A DNA stretch of 64,000 nt, from contig JAAOMT010000602.1 of assembly GCA_016748015.1 (NCBI GenBank), positions 819,696 through 883,695 on the forward strand, written 5' to 3'. Every line of letters begins with the position of its first letter. Position 1 is the first letter of the stretch. The DNA comes from Geosiphon pyriformis uo1. Lineage: Eukaryota > Fungi > Glomeromycota. The position numbers were made by a program, and so were the translations under genes. The notes under the pieces are model-generated. The model did not search any database. It worked only from the letters and a program-made list of their open reading frames with translations, and was not told where the DNA came from. Below, one piece after another: positions 24,518 to 37,011 of this stretch.

Positions 24518-26464
24518 ATGGGTGGTTGATATATTGGCTGTTGCATCATTGACAGGTAAGTTAGTTGATATGGTGTTGGGTAGGATTGGTAACTTGGAGT
24601 TGAAAACTGGCAATTAGGGTTTCAATATTGATTTTCTGATAATTGGTTATCTATCCTTAACTTACATTCCATTCTTAAATGTTCTTGTTTACCACAGTAG
24701 TGGCAAACATGTATCTCCTGTTGCCATTGTTAATTAGTTGTGAATAATAGATGTGACTAATTCTGGAAATGATTTGCATTTTCTTAATTATTGTGTCATT
24801 GTGAAGGTTGATAGATTGCCTGATTGTTAGCTAAGTATCTCTCTAATTTTTGGTTGATGGAATCACTGAATTGTTTCAACCTAGAATCCAATTCAGATAA
24901 TCTATTCATTACTAAATTGACGGCTTGGACATGGTTAGCTTCAAGTTCAGTTGCTTCAAAATCTCTGGTATTTGTAACTATGACTTGAAAGTCTGCTGGA
25001 TGCATGGGGTGTATACATTGGAGGATGCTACTGTGCAGACCTCTAATAAATTGATTTAGAATTTGTGGCACTATGAAATAATCAGCCTGTATGGCCTGAA
25101 TTTGGTGCAGATTTCTGTGAAAATGTCCTAAATAAGTAGTGACTGCTTCAGTTTTTCCTTGTTTAATGGTGGTAAAAGTGTTTGCTAATTGATTGATGCT
25201 GTTATTATTACTAAAATATTGTAGGAATGCAAGCTTGAATGCATTGAAATTTTGGGGTTTGTTGACTAGACTTTGATACCATAAATCAGTAGTATCCTAG
25301 AGAGAGTAAGAGATAACTTGGAAGGCTTTTGTGTCATTTCATTCATTTGCTGTGATGGCCTTTTCAACATCATTGAGCCATATTTGGGCATCATCTTCTT
25401 TGTCAATAAACTTATCAAGTTTCATTATTGGAGTGTAGGTCATTGAATCTAAGTTTGGTTGTTGTTGTTGTAGTGGTAATTAAATCAGAGGTTGTGATGG
25501 TAGTTGTTGTAATGCATTAACTGGTGGTAGATTGATAATGATTGCTGAAAATAAGTGGTATTGATTATTAATGTCAGGGTTTTGATTGTTTTGATTGTAC
25601 TGCATTTGAAATTCGGAGTTTCGATTTCTGGATTTTCTAAATTTGGATTTTGCTGAGTCTGAAAGTTTGGGGTTTTAATATTCAGGTTCTCTGGAATTAG
25701 GTTCTGGTAAGTAAATTCCTGATCTTCAGTTTCTTTTTCCTCCTTTTTTGATTCTGTTATCTTTTAGAGACTTGCATTTCTGAAATTAGGTTGAGGTGGC
25801 AGTAATCAGAATTCTGATGGCATTGGCGATCGTAATTTAAATCCTTTAAAATAATTGCTATAGGTTCCTAGTAATTTTGCTTTCTTTTGTTTATTTTGAA
25901 ATAGGAGTTGTCCAAATGTTGATGTCGCATGTGATGTGGATGCACCTGTTAATGAGATGTTAATGGCACTTCTGGATGTATAGTGGTATGATGGGTTTAT
26001 TAGTAATTCAACTCTGGTTTTTTTCCAAGTGGGTGGTTGTATTTGTTTTGGTGTTACTGCTAATGTTTGCAACTTTTCTTTGCCTTTGTCTACATAGGTG
26101 ATGGGGAATTGTTGTTGTGTGTATCTTTCAATAGTTTGATTAATTTTTCTGATGATTAGTGCAAAACTGTAGTTTCTTGAAAAGCTGATATGTTGAAATA
26201 ATTTTGTATAGAAGTTTTCTCTTGTGGATTCAATGTTAACTGTTTCTCCTAAGCAGTCTGTAATTTTATTGTTGATGTAGAAGTTAAAGGCTGATTCCAC
26301 TGAGAAGTGGTTATTGTTTAATCCTAATTGTTGGCTGTACTGTTGAAACAAGAATTTGGCAAATCCTAAATGGTTTGCTTCTATGATTTTTGATTCTGCC
26401 ACTTTTGGATAATTGTTGTTGGTGCCAGTTCTCTGTAAAATTATATCTCATAGGGAGCACCAAA

Positions 26465-27242
26465 TGTTACAGGTGATTATTTGGGGTCTCAAATCAAATA
26501 ACAAACCTGTAACTTGGTGCTTGATTGGTATTCTGGTGTTGATATCTGAAGGTTTTGTTATAGAGTTCTTTATATAATGAACAGAGATTTGATAGTTGTT
26601 TTTAATAGCCTTCTGAAATTGCAATTTTGTCAAATTTTTTTCTTAGTGTGGTGGCCAGTAATCCTCTTGGTAAGCTATCCTCAAATCTATAAGTGTTTTA
26701 CTCTTGTTTTATGAGTCTTTTACCAGTTTCTATAATGTCTGTAACTCAGTGCTTTAATCCTTAATCAATTAGTCAAACAAAAAAAATACAAAGAAAATAA
26801 AAAAAAATAAAAGAAAATAAAGAAATAAACAAGCAATTGCAAGTTAATATTCTGTTAATAGCCATAATTAAGAGCTATTGTTCCAGTGTAGTTAAGTATC
26901 AATTACTATCAACATGAAGTATTGATAATAGAAAATAGGTTGAAATGGTGAATAATTATTTATTAATATTTGTGAATGGAAGATTTCTAACTTTTGGATT
27001 CTGTCTCTTTTTGCTTCTACTACTACTGCTATATATACATAATTGAGATTCCTCAATTCCTTAAATTTTCACACCAGGAATCCTGGAATTCTGGAATCCT
27101 GTGATTTCTTATATGAGAATCCTAAAATTCCTGGAATTTTGTGATTTCTCTTAAGAGGAATCCTAGAATTCCACATTTACTATGACTACTTTTGATTGGC
27201 TGATTTATGCTAATATATACTTTTTATATTCTATAAGTAACA
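26465..27242 (-). repeat. 5' LTR of element A
   Basis: TGTTA...TAACA termini with adjacent PBS TGGTGCTCCCTATGAG. Confidence 0.9.
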
Positions 27243-27304
27243 GCAATTGTCTGCAAATTCTTGTTTCTGGATTGAAGTCAATCCTTTATGATTCGTGTAT
27301 ATAT

Positions 27305-28171
27305 TGTTATGGTTTAAGAATTTAACAAAAGAATCATAAAAATAATACAAACTATTCAATCATAATATAGCACAGTAATAATCTTAGAAAGTTAATGATT
27401 AACATAGTAGCAAATACCATCTTATGATAGTGGCAAGCACCAGTTCACAATAGCAGCCAACACCAACTGGTGATAACAGCAAACACCAGGTTGAAATATC
27501 AAAAAGAAAGTATTTTCTCGTAGAACTACAAACATGTATATATACAGTAGTTTTAATATTGGGAAACAAGGAATCAAGTAATAAAAAAATCATAACTTAT
27601 CAAGCAATAGATCCAATTTTATCCAACAAACTCCACTTTAAATCATACTTTCAAATTAAATATCCCAAGAAACCTTTAAATCAAAAAGAAATGAAAAAGA
27701 ATATTTAAAACTGAATTATCACAACCCAAAGTATTAAGAAACTTACTTGTATTATTTATTGAATAAAACTATCATTCATCAGCTGAATCCCTTGGAAAAA
27801 TAATCCTTGATCAAGATTATTCATGTTATTACTAATTGATAAAAGCTTTATTGTAAGAATTAGAAAAAACACTAAAGGCCATTAACATTCTGTGTTTTTA
27901 GATTAGAAAAACACATCAGACAATTGCAAGAATAGCCTCAGAGAAGACCCCAAACAGTGGGTAGATTTCAGTTCAGCCTCTGAAAAGAAGTACATAAACA
28001 CACACAACAATTAGGAATTGAGGAATAACTTATATCGTGACATTAAAAAGAAAGCCTTTAGTATAACAGTAACATTATTATACAAATAGAATTAAAGAAC
28101 TCATGAAAAACTGATTGTAAGTAAAACGGGATATTGGCAATTAAATATAACAAGAAGACTATTCCATAACA
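27305..28171 (+). repeat. 5' LTR of element C
   Basis: Direct repeat of 36138-37011, TGTTATGG...CCATAACA. Confidence 0.95.
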
Positions 28172-28253
28172 TTTAGTGAATTCTATGAGGAAAGAAAATC
28201 AAAAAAGAAATAATAATTAGCAATAATTTATTGCTAAAAAGGAAGAGACAAAA

Positions 28254-31200
28254 GTGGCAACAAAAACCCCTAATCTTACTGTTCTTGAATTCTGCCATGC
28301 TATTTACACACAAAATCAAAGTGATCTTAGATTACCAGAAGAGTGTTGTCCAGCAGAATTTGCTCTCACTTATTATATCAATGCCAGAATAAATTATCAT
28401 ATAGAAAAGGAAGAAAAACCACACAATGCAAAACTTGGATTGTATAGAGAATTATCACAATACACTACAAAAGAAGTAGCAGTAATAGCTGCAACTATTG
28501 TCAAAATCCATTGAAAAATTGAGCAATACGCCAATGAAAATTTTCCAATATCCACAGAAAACACTAGGGAATACACCAACAAAACCAAAGAAAATTCAGA
28601 AACTAATCAGGAAAGTAACCAGCAAAAACTAGGAACACCTGCTCAAACACCAAAGAAAACTGTCACTCAATCAATAAAGAAACAACATATTTATTCACCA
28701 GAAGATAAATCATACTATTTTTCACCAGAAAATAAGATACAAATTCTATTAGGAGTTGTATTATCATCAACATTAACTCCACAAATGCCAAGAACTTCTA
28801 GTTATACTGATAAAATTAAACAATGTAACTGGGGAGACATACCAATTACAAGAGGATATTCATTACTATTTCAAAACCCTCTTTTTCAGCCAAAATTCGG
28901 AATGGGGTTTGAAAACTGTGAAGAGGAGTCTGAATTGGAATCCGAAAAAGAGACCAGTGAAAAAACAATCACAAGACTGGTCATTGGAACAAGCAGCCAG
29001 TCCAGAAACCAAGAAACTCATAATCAAGAGGAAGAATTGGATATAAAGGAAGCCATCTTCAAGAATACTCAAGGAAATATTATTCCACCTCCTTTTAGAC
29101 CAATAAGTCCACCAGCAGAAAATGGCAACAAAATGGCCACACCATACATTGCAAGACTAACAGATTTCTCAGGAGAGGAAAAAGAAACAGATGTGTACAC
29201 ATGGCTCAGAAAAGCACAAAAAGCCATCTAGGCAAATAACTGGAACAACCAAAGAGCAATTCAAACATTACTTTTCTTCCTGAAAGGCACAGCCGACTCG
29301 TGGTATCAAAGCCTGAAAACAAAACCCACGAGCTTTACTGAATTTAAAAATGTGCTCCTGGAGTATTTTAGTGACACAAATGCTATAATCTAATTACAGA
29401 ATGAATTCAATACTATCAAGCAAAATACTGGTAAAACTGTTACCCAATATTTTGTTCAATTCAATTGAATTTGCTGTCAGATTGAAGCAATTGAACAAGG
29501 ATACTATACTGATCCTCAGGTTTTAAATCAGTTTATTAGAGGATTAAAAAGCAGCATTTTAGGAAGAGTATGCCCTGCCCACCCTAATTCCTTACCAGAA
29601 GCCATTACGCTCACCAGAGCCCTTGAATTGGCTGAGAAAAAAGCTAACCATAATCAAATGGTTAACATGGTAATGGAAAAAAATAAGACAGAAACATTAG
29701 AGAAAAGAGTAACACAATTAGGGGAGGAACTCTCTAAGAAAATAGAAAGTTACTTAATTCTGGATTTGAGAAGAAATACATACCAACCACCTCAAAAACG
29801 CAGCCAGGAAGTCAGTGACAGTCAAAATAATCGCTTGTTGCACCAGGAATTCAGAACAGAAATGCATGCCTACCATTTTTGCAAATGTGTAGGACATTTA
29901 ATTAGTCAATGTCGAATGTGAATGATGTAGGAAGCACATGAAAATAATTACTATGCACCACCCCAAATGCCCAGAAACCAGTACACACCAATACCATACC
30001 AATATTCCACCACATATCAAAATCAAGGAACTTACTAGCAACAGTCCATGATAACCAACCCGTATTGGCGTCCCAAAGTCTGAAATCAGCCCATGTAGAA
30101 CCAAAATGCGTTGGTCCAGAGGAATCCAAACCATGTCAGAACCAATCAGCAAACCAATCCAAACTACCAAAATTATTAACAAACTTATCTTAATATACTG
30201 GAAAATCCAATCATCAGAAACAATGACAATAGAAACATAAACAGAACCAAAAATTCCTCCAACAAATTAAGCCAGACAATACCACCAGCAGTTGCCACTG
30301 AAGATAGCAGCCTCACAGCTATTTTTTTTTTGGAATTAGAGGAAAATGAGGCTATATTTAGTGGAGCAGCATTGGATGAAAAACACCCAATTACTGCTAT
30401 GTATATGGAAGCCACTGTAAATAATACCCCAATCAAACTTATCTTAAACAGTGGATCCACTAGAAGCATCATAATACTTCAACTAGTAAACCAACTAGGT
30501 TTCAAAGTTGATTATGCCACAATGTCCCAAATCATAACAGCCAATGGAAGTACAAAGCTGCCTCATGGCAAAATCAACTCATTCCCTTTCAAAATTAATG
30601 GCATAGTAATATCTACAAAAGTATTAGTAATGGACGCTACACAATATCAAGCATTAGTAGGGAATGACTGGCTAACAAAAGCCAATGCCACCCTAGACTG
30701 GACCACCCAAGAGCTTCTAATCAATTAGAATGGCCACTAAGCCAGAATTCCAGCCACCTGTGGCCACTTCCAAAAACCCAGCACCAACCAAAGACCTACC
30801 TTCAAATTTGAGGAAAATTCAGCACTACCAGCCATCAAAACCTATTAGTTCTCTTGGGCTGATAACCAAAAAACAGGACTACCAGCCGTACCAACGTAGA
30901 CCAGTGAAAAAAGATCCAAATGGAACCAGGTAAGTTCACAAAGAAACCACCAGCAATGCAAACCAAAGCTAGAATGCTCAGTTTGCAAGAAGAAACTCTT
31001 ATCTATGACTGTGTGCAGCACACTAGATGAAGACCCAAGAAACCCCACCCACTACTATTGTAACCGTTGTAACAAAAAAAAATATGGTTATCCAGAAAGA
31101 CACGGAAAATAGGACGAGGAACCATGCTTCGCTTGTGAAGAACCATTACCAAGAGAGTGCAACTGGAATAATATACCAGGCAGAGAAGAAACATGTGACG

Positions 31201-33962
31201 CAACTTGCCAATACACGATCTTCATCTGTGACTAGATAAGAGGAAGAATGCTGTTTAAAGCAGTGTTCAACAGAGCATTAAAAAGACTACAGCACTACTC
31301 ACATGACAAGGATGAGTTGTACAATACTACACAAGCCAAAGTAAGAGGAGGAACCACTGAAGAAATACAACACTGGAAAGAGTCAGCCAAAGTAGCCAAT
31401 GAAGTCGCCAGCTACAACATGTTCAACCCAATGGACAAATTCCAGGACTACTACCAACAACTATGCCCCACTCGACAAGAGCAAGAACAATACCTCACCC
31501 AAATTAACACTTACCTCTGTGAAAACTGTCTTATTCCGTGCCAAAATCAGTGCTGTGAAGAGTGTTGAGATGAAAAGGACTTAAAAAAAATGGAAATTGA
31601 GAATCAGCAGTCTCAAAATCAATCAATAAATCAACAAGACTCATCTGATGGTTCCAAGTCAAAAAAATTTGTAGCCTATACTGACCTAGAACAGGTGATC
31701 AACATTCAATACTTTGACAATGGGCACTTAGGAATAATACTTGAAAGAGCCCATCCAACTGATGCCAGATTTGATCTATGTTATCTAAAAGACCAATCCA
31801 CAACATTACCACTCAGGAGCATTACTAAAATCGATCAAAAAATAGTGGTTGAAATTCCGCCAGGAATAATAGTTCAAATAGCGTCATGATCAAGCCTCAC
31901 GAAAAAAGGAATAAGTGTTCAAGGAGGAGTAATTGATTCCGGATACACTGGAAATTTAATGGTTTTGCTACAGAACAATTCAGAAAAGCTTTATACCATT
32001 GAATCTAAGGAAAAGATTGCACAAGCAATTTTCCTACCATTGGTAAAAATTGGGAAATTCATGCCAGTGGAAAATTGTAAGGAATTGTCACAAACAATAA
32101 GAGAAACTTTTGGTTTTGGATCGACAAGAAAAGGAATTGAAGCAAATTTTGCTGAAACAATAAAGAAAAAAGGCAAAATAATTAAAAATGAGCAGTTCAT
32201 CACACTCCTACCATATGCAAAATCAGAAATAAGAATAAAAAAGACAATTAAAGAAAAAGACCTAATATTTGAGCCCTATTCAGAAACTTGCCAACAGTTT
32301 TTCATAGGACTTACTAATCTTTTTATTCCAGCTGATAAAGTTCAATAGATAAAAATTCTTATCGCAAACACCACAGAAGAATCCGTCTACATTCCGGAAG
32401 ATACCATCATTAGATACCTCGGAACGGAGCTAGAAAATGCATTAACACTACAAGAAATTCTAAATTTTCCAGAAATCGTCCTCTACTGTGAACTCACTTC
32501 AATAAATTGGCAACAACTGTTAAAATGCTATCAATTTATGCCAGAAGAATTGGCCAAATTAAACATTAGAACAATAGATTTTGACCAACAGCAACAATTA
32601 AAAGCATTAATTTTAAAATACTCTGATATATTTTCACAAAATGGCAAATTTGGAAGAACCAACTTGGTTCAACACCAAATCTCCACTGGAGATGCCAAAC
32701 CTAAAAAACAATGCGCTTACTGTGTTCCACCAATGGAGCATAATTTTATCAGAGAAAAAATCCAAAGCATGTTGGAAAAAGGAATAATACAATCATCAAT
32801 GAGCCCATGATTTTCACCAGTTGTTTTAGTAAGAAAAAAGAATAGAAAAATTAGATTTTGCATTGACTATCGCAAACTAAACAGCAAAACAACCAAAGAC
32901 TCATACCCAATACCATTAATTGACAAAATCTTCGATGTTTTTGGAGAAGCAAAATGGTTTTCTACACTGGACTTGACCAGTGGGTACTGGCAAGTGGAAA
33001 TGGATCCAAAGGACAGGCATAAAACAGCATTCACAACACAAAATGGCAATTATGAGTTCAATGTAATGCCATTTGGATTAACAAATGCCCCTGTGACATT
33101 CCAAAAACTAATGAACATAATTTACTCCAGAATCCTGTGGCAATCTGTTGTTGTCTACTTGGATGATACAAATATTTTCTTATCAAAATTTATGGATCAT
33201 CTCCAACATTTACAACAAGTTTTTAAAAGATTGAGACATGCTGGACTTAAACTAAATCTAGAAAAATGTTTCTTTGGGAAAAATGAGCTAGCATTTTTAG
33301 GACATGTAGTTAAAAAAGATGGAATAAAACTGGATCCATCAAAAATAGACAAAGTGAAAAATTTTCCAGTATCTCATAACATTTCAGAAGTTAGAAACTT
33401 TTTAGGACTCGCATTTTACTACTGCTGCTTTGTAGAAAACTTTTCAAATATTGCCAAACCTCTTAATTACTTACTATCCAAAAATGTGAAATTTGAATAG
33501 ACTAAAGCACAACAAAAAGCTTTTGAGTACCTTAGACAAAAGCTCATTGAATCACCAATAATGATCTATTCAAATTTCAACAAGAAATTTATTTTGGCCA
33601 CAGATGCCTCTAGAACTGGACTTGGAGCCATTCTGTCACAAAAAGATGATAATGGAAGAAAATGTATAATCACTTATGCCAGCAGAAGTTTCAGTATGGC
33701 AGAACAAAACTATGCAGCACATGAACTTAAATGCTTAACAGTAGTTTAGAGTTGTGTTCACTTTAACACATATTTACAGTACCAACTCTTTGAGATTATT
33801 ACAGATTATAGAGGTCTGATCTGGTTAAATAACAAGAAAGCACTAAAAGAAAAATATGCCAGATGGTCATAAACGTTAACACTATATGATTATATTATCA
33901 AATACAAAGAAGATACCAAAAATGCTAATGCTGACTGTTTGTCAAGAATGAGACATACATAA
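28254..33962 (+). pseudogene. Gag-protease-Cys-rich-dUTPase-RT-RNaseH polyprotein of C (single frame, nonsense-disrupted)
   Basis: All plus-strand fragments from 28254 to 33561 (28254, 28785, 29628, 30330, 31248, 31590, 31959, 32538, 32973, 33561) share one frame. Zinc knuckle, LIL(D)SGS protease, dUTPase, MPFGLTNAP and YLDD, TDAS, NANADCLSR. Confidence 0.9.
31740..32135 (+). pseudogene. dUTPase domain in pol of C (also about 21065-21470, 38675-39080 and 60450-60850)
   Basis: DA(G)FDL, QIAS(R)SSL, GGVIDSGYTG, KIAQ and R...GFGST match dUTPase motifs I-V. Confidence 0.92.
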
Positions 33963-33991
33963 AAATTACCAACCCACCCATCACAACAACA

Positions 33992-35371
33992 ATGAACAAC
34001 CATCTTTACAAAAACCTCAGCTAATATTTGGAAACACTATAAATAGACGAAGAAATGTCAGTAAAAGAGCTAATTAAGCTCTAAAAATTAGCAAAACACT
34101 ATTTCATCCAAAATCACATACTTTATTACTGGAATTAACAAAATTCAGATAATCTATTAAGAGTTATAACCACAGATGAAAAAAAAACTATCTTATTTAA
34201 CATGCACTCAGATATTCATTCAGGCCACTTTGGAAAAACAGCAACCATTTAATATGCAACTAGCTGTTATTATTGGCCAAAAATGAGTTCAGACATAATT
34301 CAATACATAAAAAATTGTGACTCATGCCAATGAAGAGGAGGAGCAAAAACAATGGAATTATTAAGACCAATAAAAGTTGGACAGCCATTTGACAGAATTG
34401 GAATTGATTTAGTTAGACCCTTACCAATAACAACAAGAAACAACCATTATATTGCAGTAGCTGTAGACTATCTCACCAAATGGCCAGAAGCTAGAGCTAT
34501 TAAAACAGCTGATGCTATTTCCGTAGCTCAATTCGTACATGAAGACTTAATTTACCAGCATGGATGTCCACAAAAATTGCTATCAGATTAAGACACACAC
34601 TTCATAAACAGCACCTTAAAAGAACTTAGCCAAAAATTTGGAATCAAGCGACCACTGTCATCACTATACCACCCTCAAACAAATGGATTAGTTAAAAGAT
34701 TTAATCACACATTATGCAAATCACTGGTGAAAATTAGTAACAAACATGAAAAAGAATGAGATTTGTTTATACCAGCAGTACTATTAACATATAGAACAGT
34801 AAAACAAGATACTACACAATTCACACCATTTAAACTAGTTTATGGAAGAAAAGCCACATTACCAGTTGAACTTACTATCCCAACTTATCTAAGTGACACT
34901 ATCACAGAAGCAACATTCCAGAAAACACTACTTAGAAGAACATACAAATTAATGGGAACTTTAGAAAACAAAAGAAGAAAAGCAGCACAAAATATTGAAC
35001 AATTACAAGAACAACAAAAAGTGAGACATAATAACCAGTTACCAAATAATATAATTAGCTACAAAATTGGAGATAAAGTATTGTTGCATCATACAAAAAT
35101 GGAAAAACAATGGAGTAGAAAATTTGATCACAAGTGGGATGAACCATTTTATATTTACAAAATACTTGGAAATAGAGCATACAAGCTAAAACTAGATGAT
35201 AAAATATTAAGAAAAGCAGGACATAGTAACTGGCTGAAATTCTATTACAGTAAACCAGTAATAACAACAAAGACACCCAGAATTGGAACACAATTACCTT
35301 TAATTCTACCAAAACAAATTCCACGAAATTTAGAACCAATAGTTGTAATTGAACATTATTCAAAAAGATAA
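33992..35371 (+). pseudogene. Integrase ORF of C, with its own ATG and in a different frame from RT-RH
   Basis: ATG at 33992. HSDIHSGH...CDSC, IGIDL, VDYLTKWPEA, YHPQTNGLV, TPFKLVYG and a GPY/F-like tail. Confidence 0.88.
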
Positions 35372-35455
35372 TTAATCTTAGATCACAGCAAAAATGATTT
35401 AACAACCATAAAAACGCATGCAAAAGATTCCAAAATAGCAGTCAAAATTAAAACA

Positions 35456-36118
35456 ATGATACTTATTCCAAAAAACATCAACAATATAACTCAACAATTA
35501 GTTGAAAGCTTATAACAATTAAAATCCGATCTGGAAATCACAGTTAATAGCTCCAAAATAACATACATAAAAAGAACAATAGAAAATCCAAAAACAAGAA
35601 AAGAACATAATTTTAAACCATATAATATTACCAAATATAACAACAAATTTATCAGCAAAGTTATTGAAAAATTAGAGATAGCATTGGGCAATACATTAAT
35701 AATAGAAGAAATAGAAATAAGTGAATTAACACCAGACACATTTAGCAACTTGAAAACGAAATTTCCAATTAACTACTGTTATTATTAACTAGGAAAGCAC
35801 TTGAACATACAAACATTATACTCAAAAGACTCAACTAGAGTGTTTGACAAAACAACTATCCAACTATTAGAACTTTTCATTGGAAAAACCAATACTACAT
35901 TCCATTCAAAAACAGTTTACAGAATTTTCAAAGCATTTGAAAACTGTTACAAACTATTGTTGGACCCAACCATGAACATAATAACAACCAACAGTATTAG
36001 ATGACTTACCAACTCGCAATTTCAAGAATTACAACAACAAATTAATAATACAGTATTGAACCACTATAGTAACTTAGAATTTAATGAAGAAATTAACTTC
36101 GATTTTGATGGAGCTTAA
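35456..36118 (+). pseudogene. ORF3 of unknown function (about 220 aa) in C
   Basis: ATG at 35456 to TAA at 36118 in one frame with a few internal stops. Homologous to 17121-17788. Confidence 0.7.
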
Positions 36119-36137
36119 TCTTGAAAGGAGAGAATAA

Positions 36138-37011
36138 TGTTATGGTTTAAGAATTTAACAAAAGAATTATAAAAATAATACAAACTATTCAATCATAATA
36201 TAGCGCAGTAATAATCTTAGAAAGGTAATAATTAACATAGTAGCAAATACCATCTCATGATAGTGGCAAGCACCAGTTCACAATAGCAGCCAACACCAAC
36301 TGGTGATAGCAGCAAACACCAGATTGAAATATCAAAAAGAAAGTATTACAATGTGTTTTTTCGTAAAACTACAAACATGTATATATACAGTAGCTTTAAT
36401 ATTGGAAAAAGACAATCAAGTAATAAAAATCATAACTTATCAAGCAATAGATCCAATTTTATCCAACAAACTCCACTTTAAATCATACTTTCAAATTAAA
36501 TATCCCAAGAAACCTTTAAATCAAAAAGAAATGAAAAAAAATATTTAAAACTGAATTATCACAACCCAAAGTATTAAGAAACTTACTTGTATTATTTATT
36601 GAATGAAACTATCATTCATCAGCTGAATCCCTTAGAAGAATAATCCTTAATCAAGATTATTCATGTTATTACTAATTGATAAAAGCTTTATTGTAAGAAT
36701 TAGGAAAAGTGCTAAAGGCCATTAACATTCTGTGTTTCTAGATTAGAGAAACACATCAGACAATTGCAAGGATAGCCTCAGAGAAGACCCCAGACAGTGG
36801 GTAGATTTCAGTTCAGCCTCTGAGAAGGAGTACATAAATACACACAACAATTAAGAATCAAGAAATAACTTACATTGTGACATTAAAAAGAAAGTCTTCA
36901 GTATAACAGTGACATTATCACACAAATAGAATTGAGGAACTCACGAAAGACTAATTGCAAGTAAAACAGGATATTGGCAATTAAATATAACAAGAAGACC
37001 ATCCCATAACA
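36138..37011 (+). repeat. 3' LTR of element C
   Basis: Direct repeat of 27305-28171, preceded by the PPT. Confidence 0.95.

Larger units (their letters stand above)
17107..27242 (-). mobile_element. Ty3/Gypsy element A (same family as B), inserted in B and lacking its own 3' LTR
   Basis: 5' LTR 26465-27242, PBS, gag, protease (ILDS.SAGS), dUTPase, RT (YLD(D)), RNase H, integrase (HSDLTAGH..CNVC, DYLTKWPEA) and ORF3. Many stops. Confidence 0.9.
27305..37011 (+). mobile_element. Ty3/Gypsy element C (second family), full length, inserted in the RNase H region of B
   Basis: LTRs 27305-28171 and 36138-37011. TSD ATAT/ACAT. PBS at 28172, PPT gaaaggagagaataa at 36123-36137. B's pol sequence is continuous across the insertion. 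Confidence 0.95.

Noticed and set aside
16230-27242. Reading this span as one ordinary two-LTR element
   Set aside because: The flanks do not match (ACAG vs GCAA), and the left LTR pairs in sequence and TSD with 43146-44046.
35456-36118. ORF3 as a retroviral env gene
   Set aside because: No signal peptide, TM helix or furin-like site visible, and too short.
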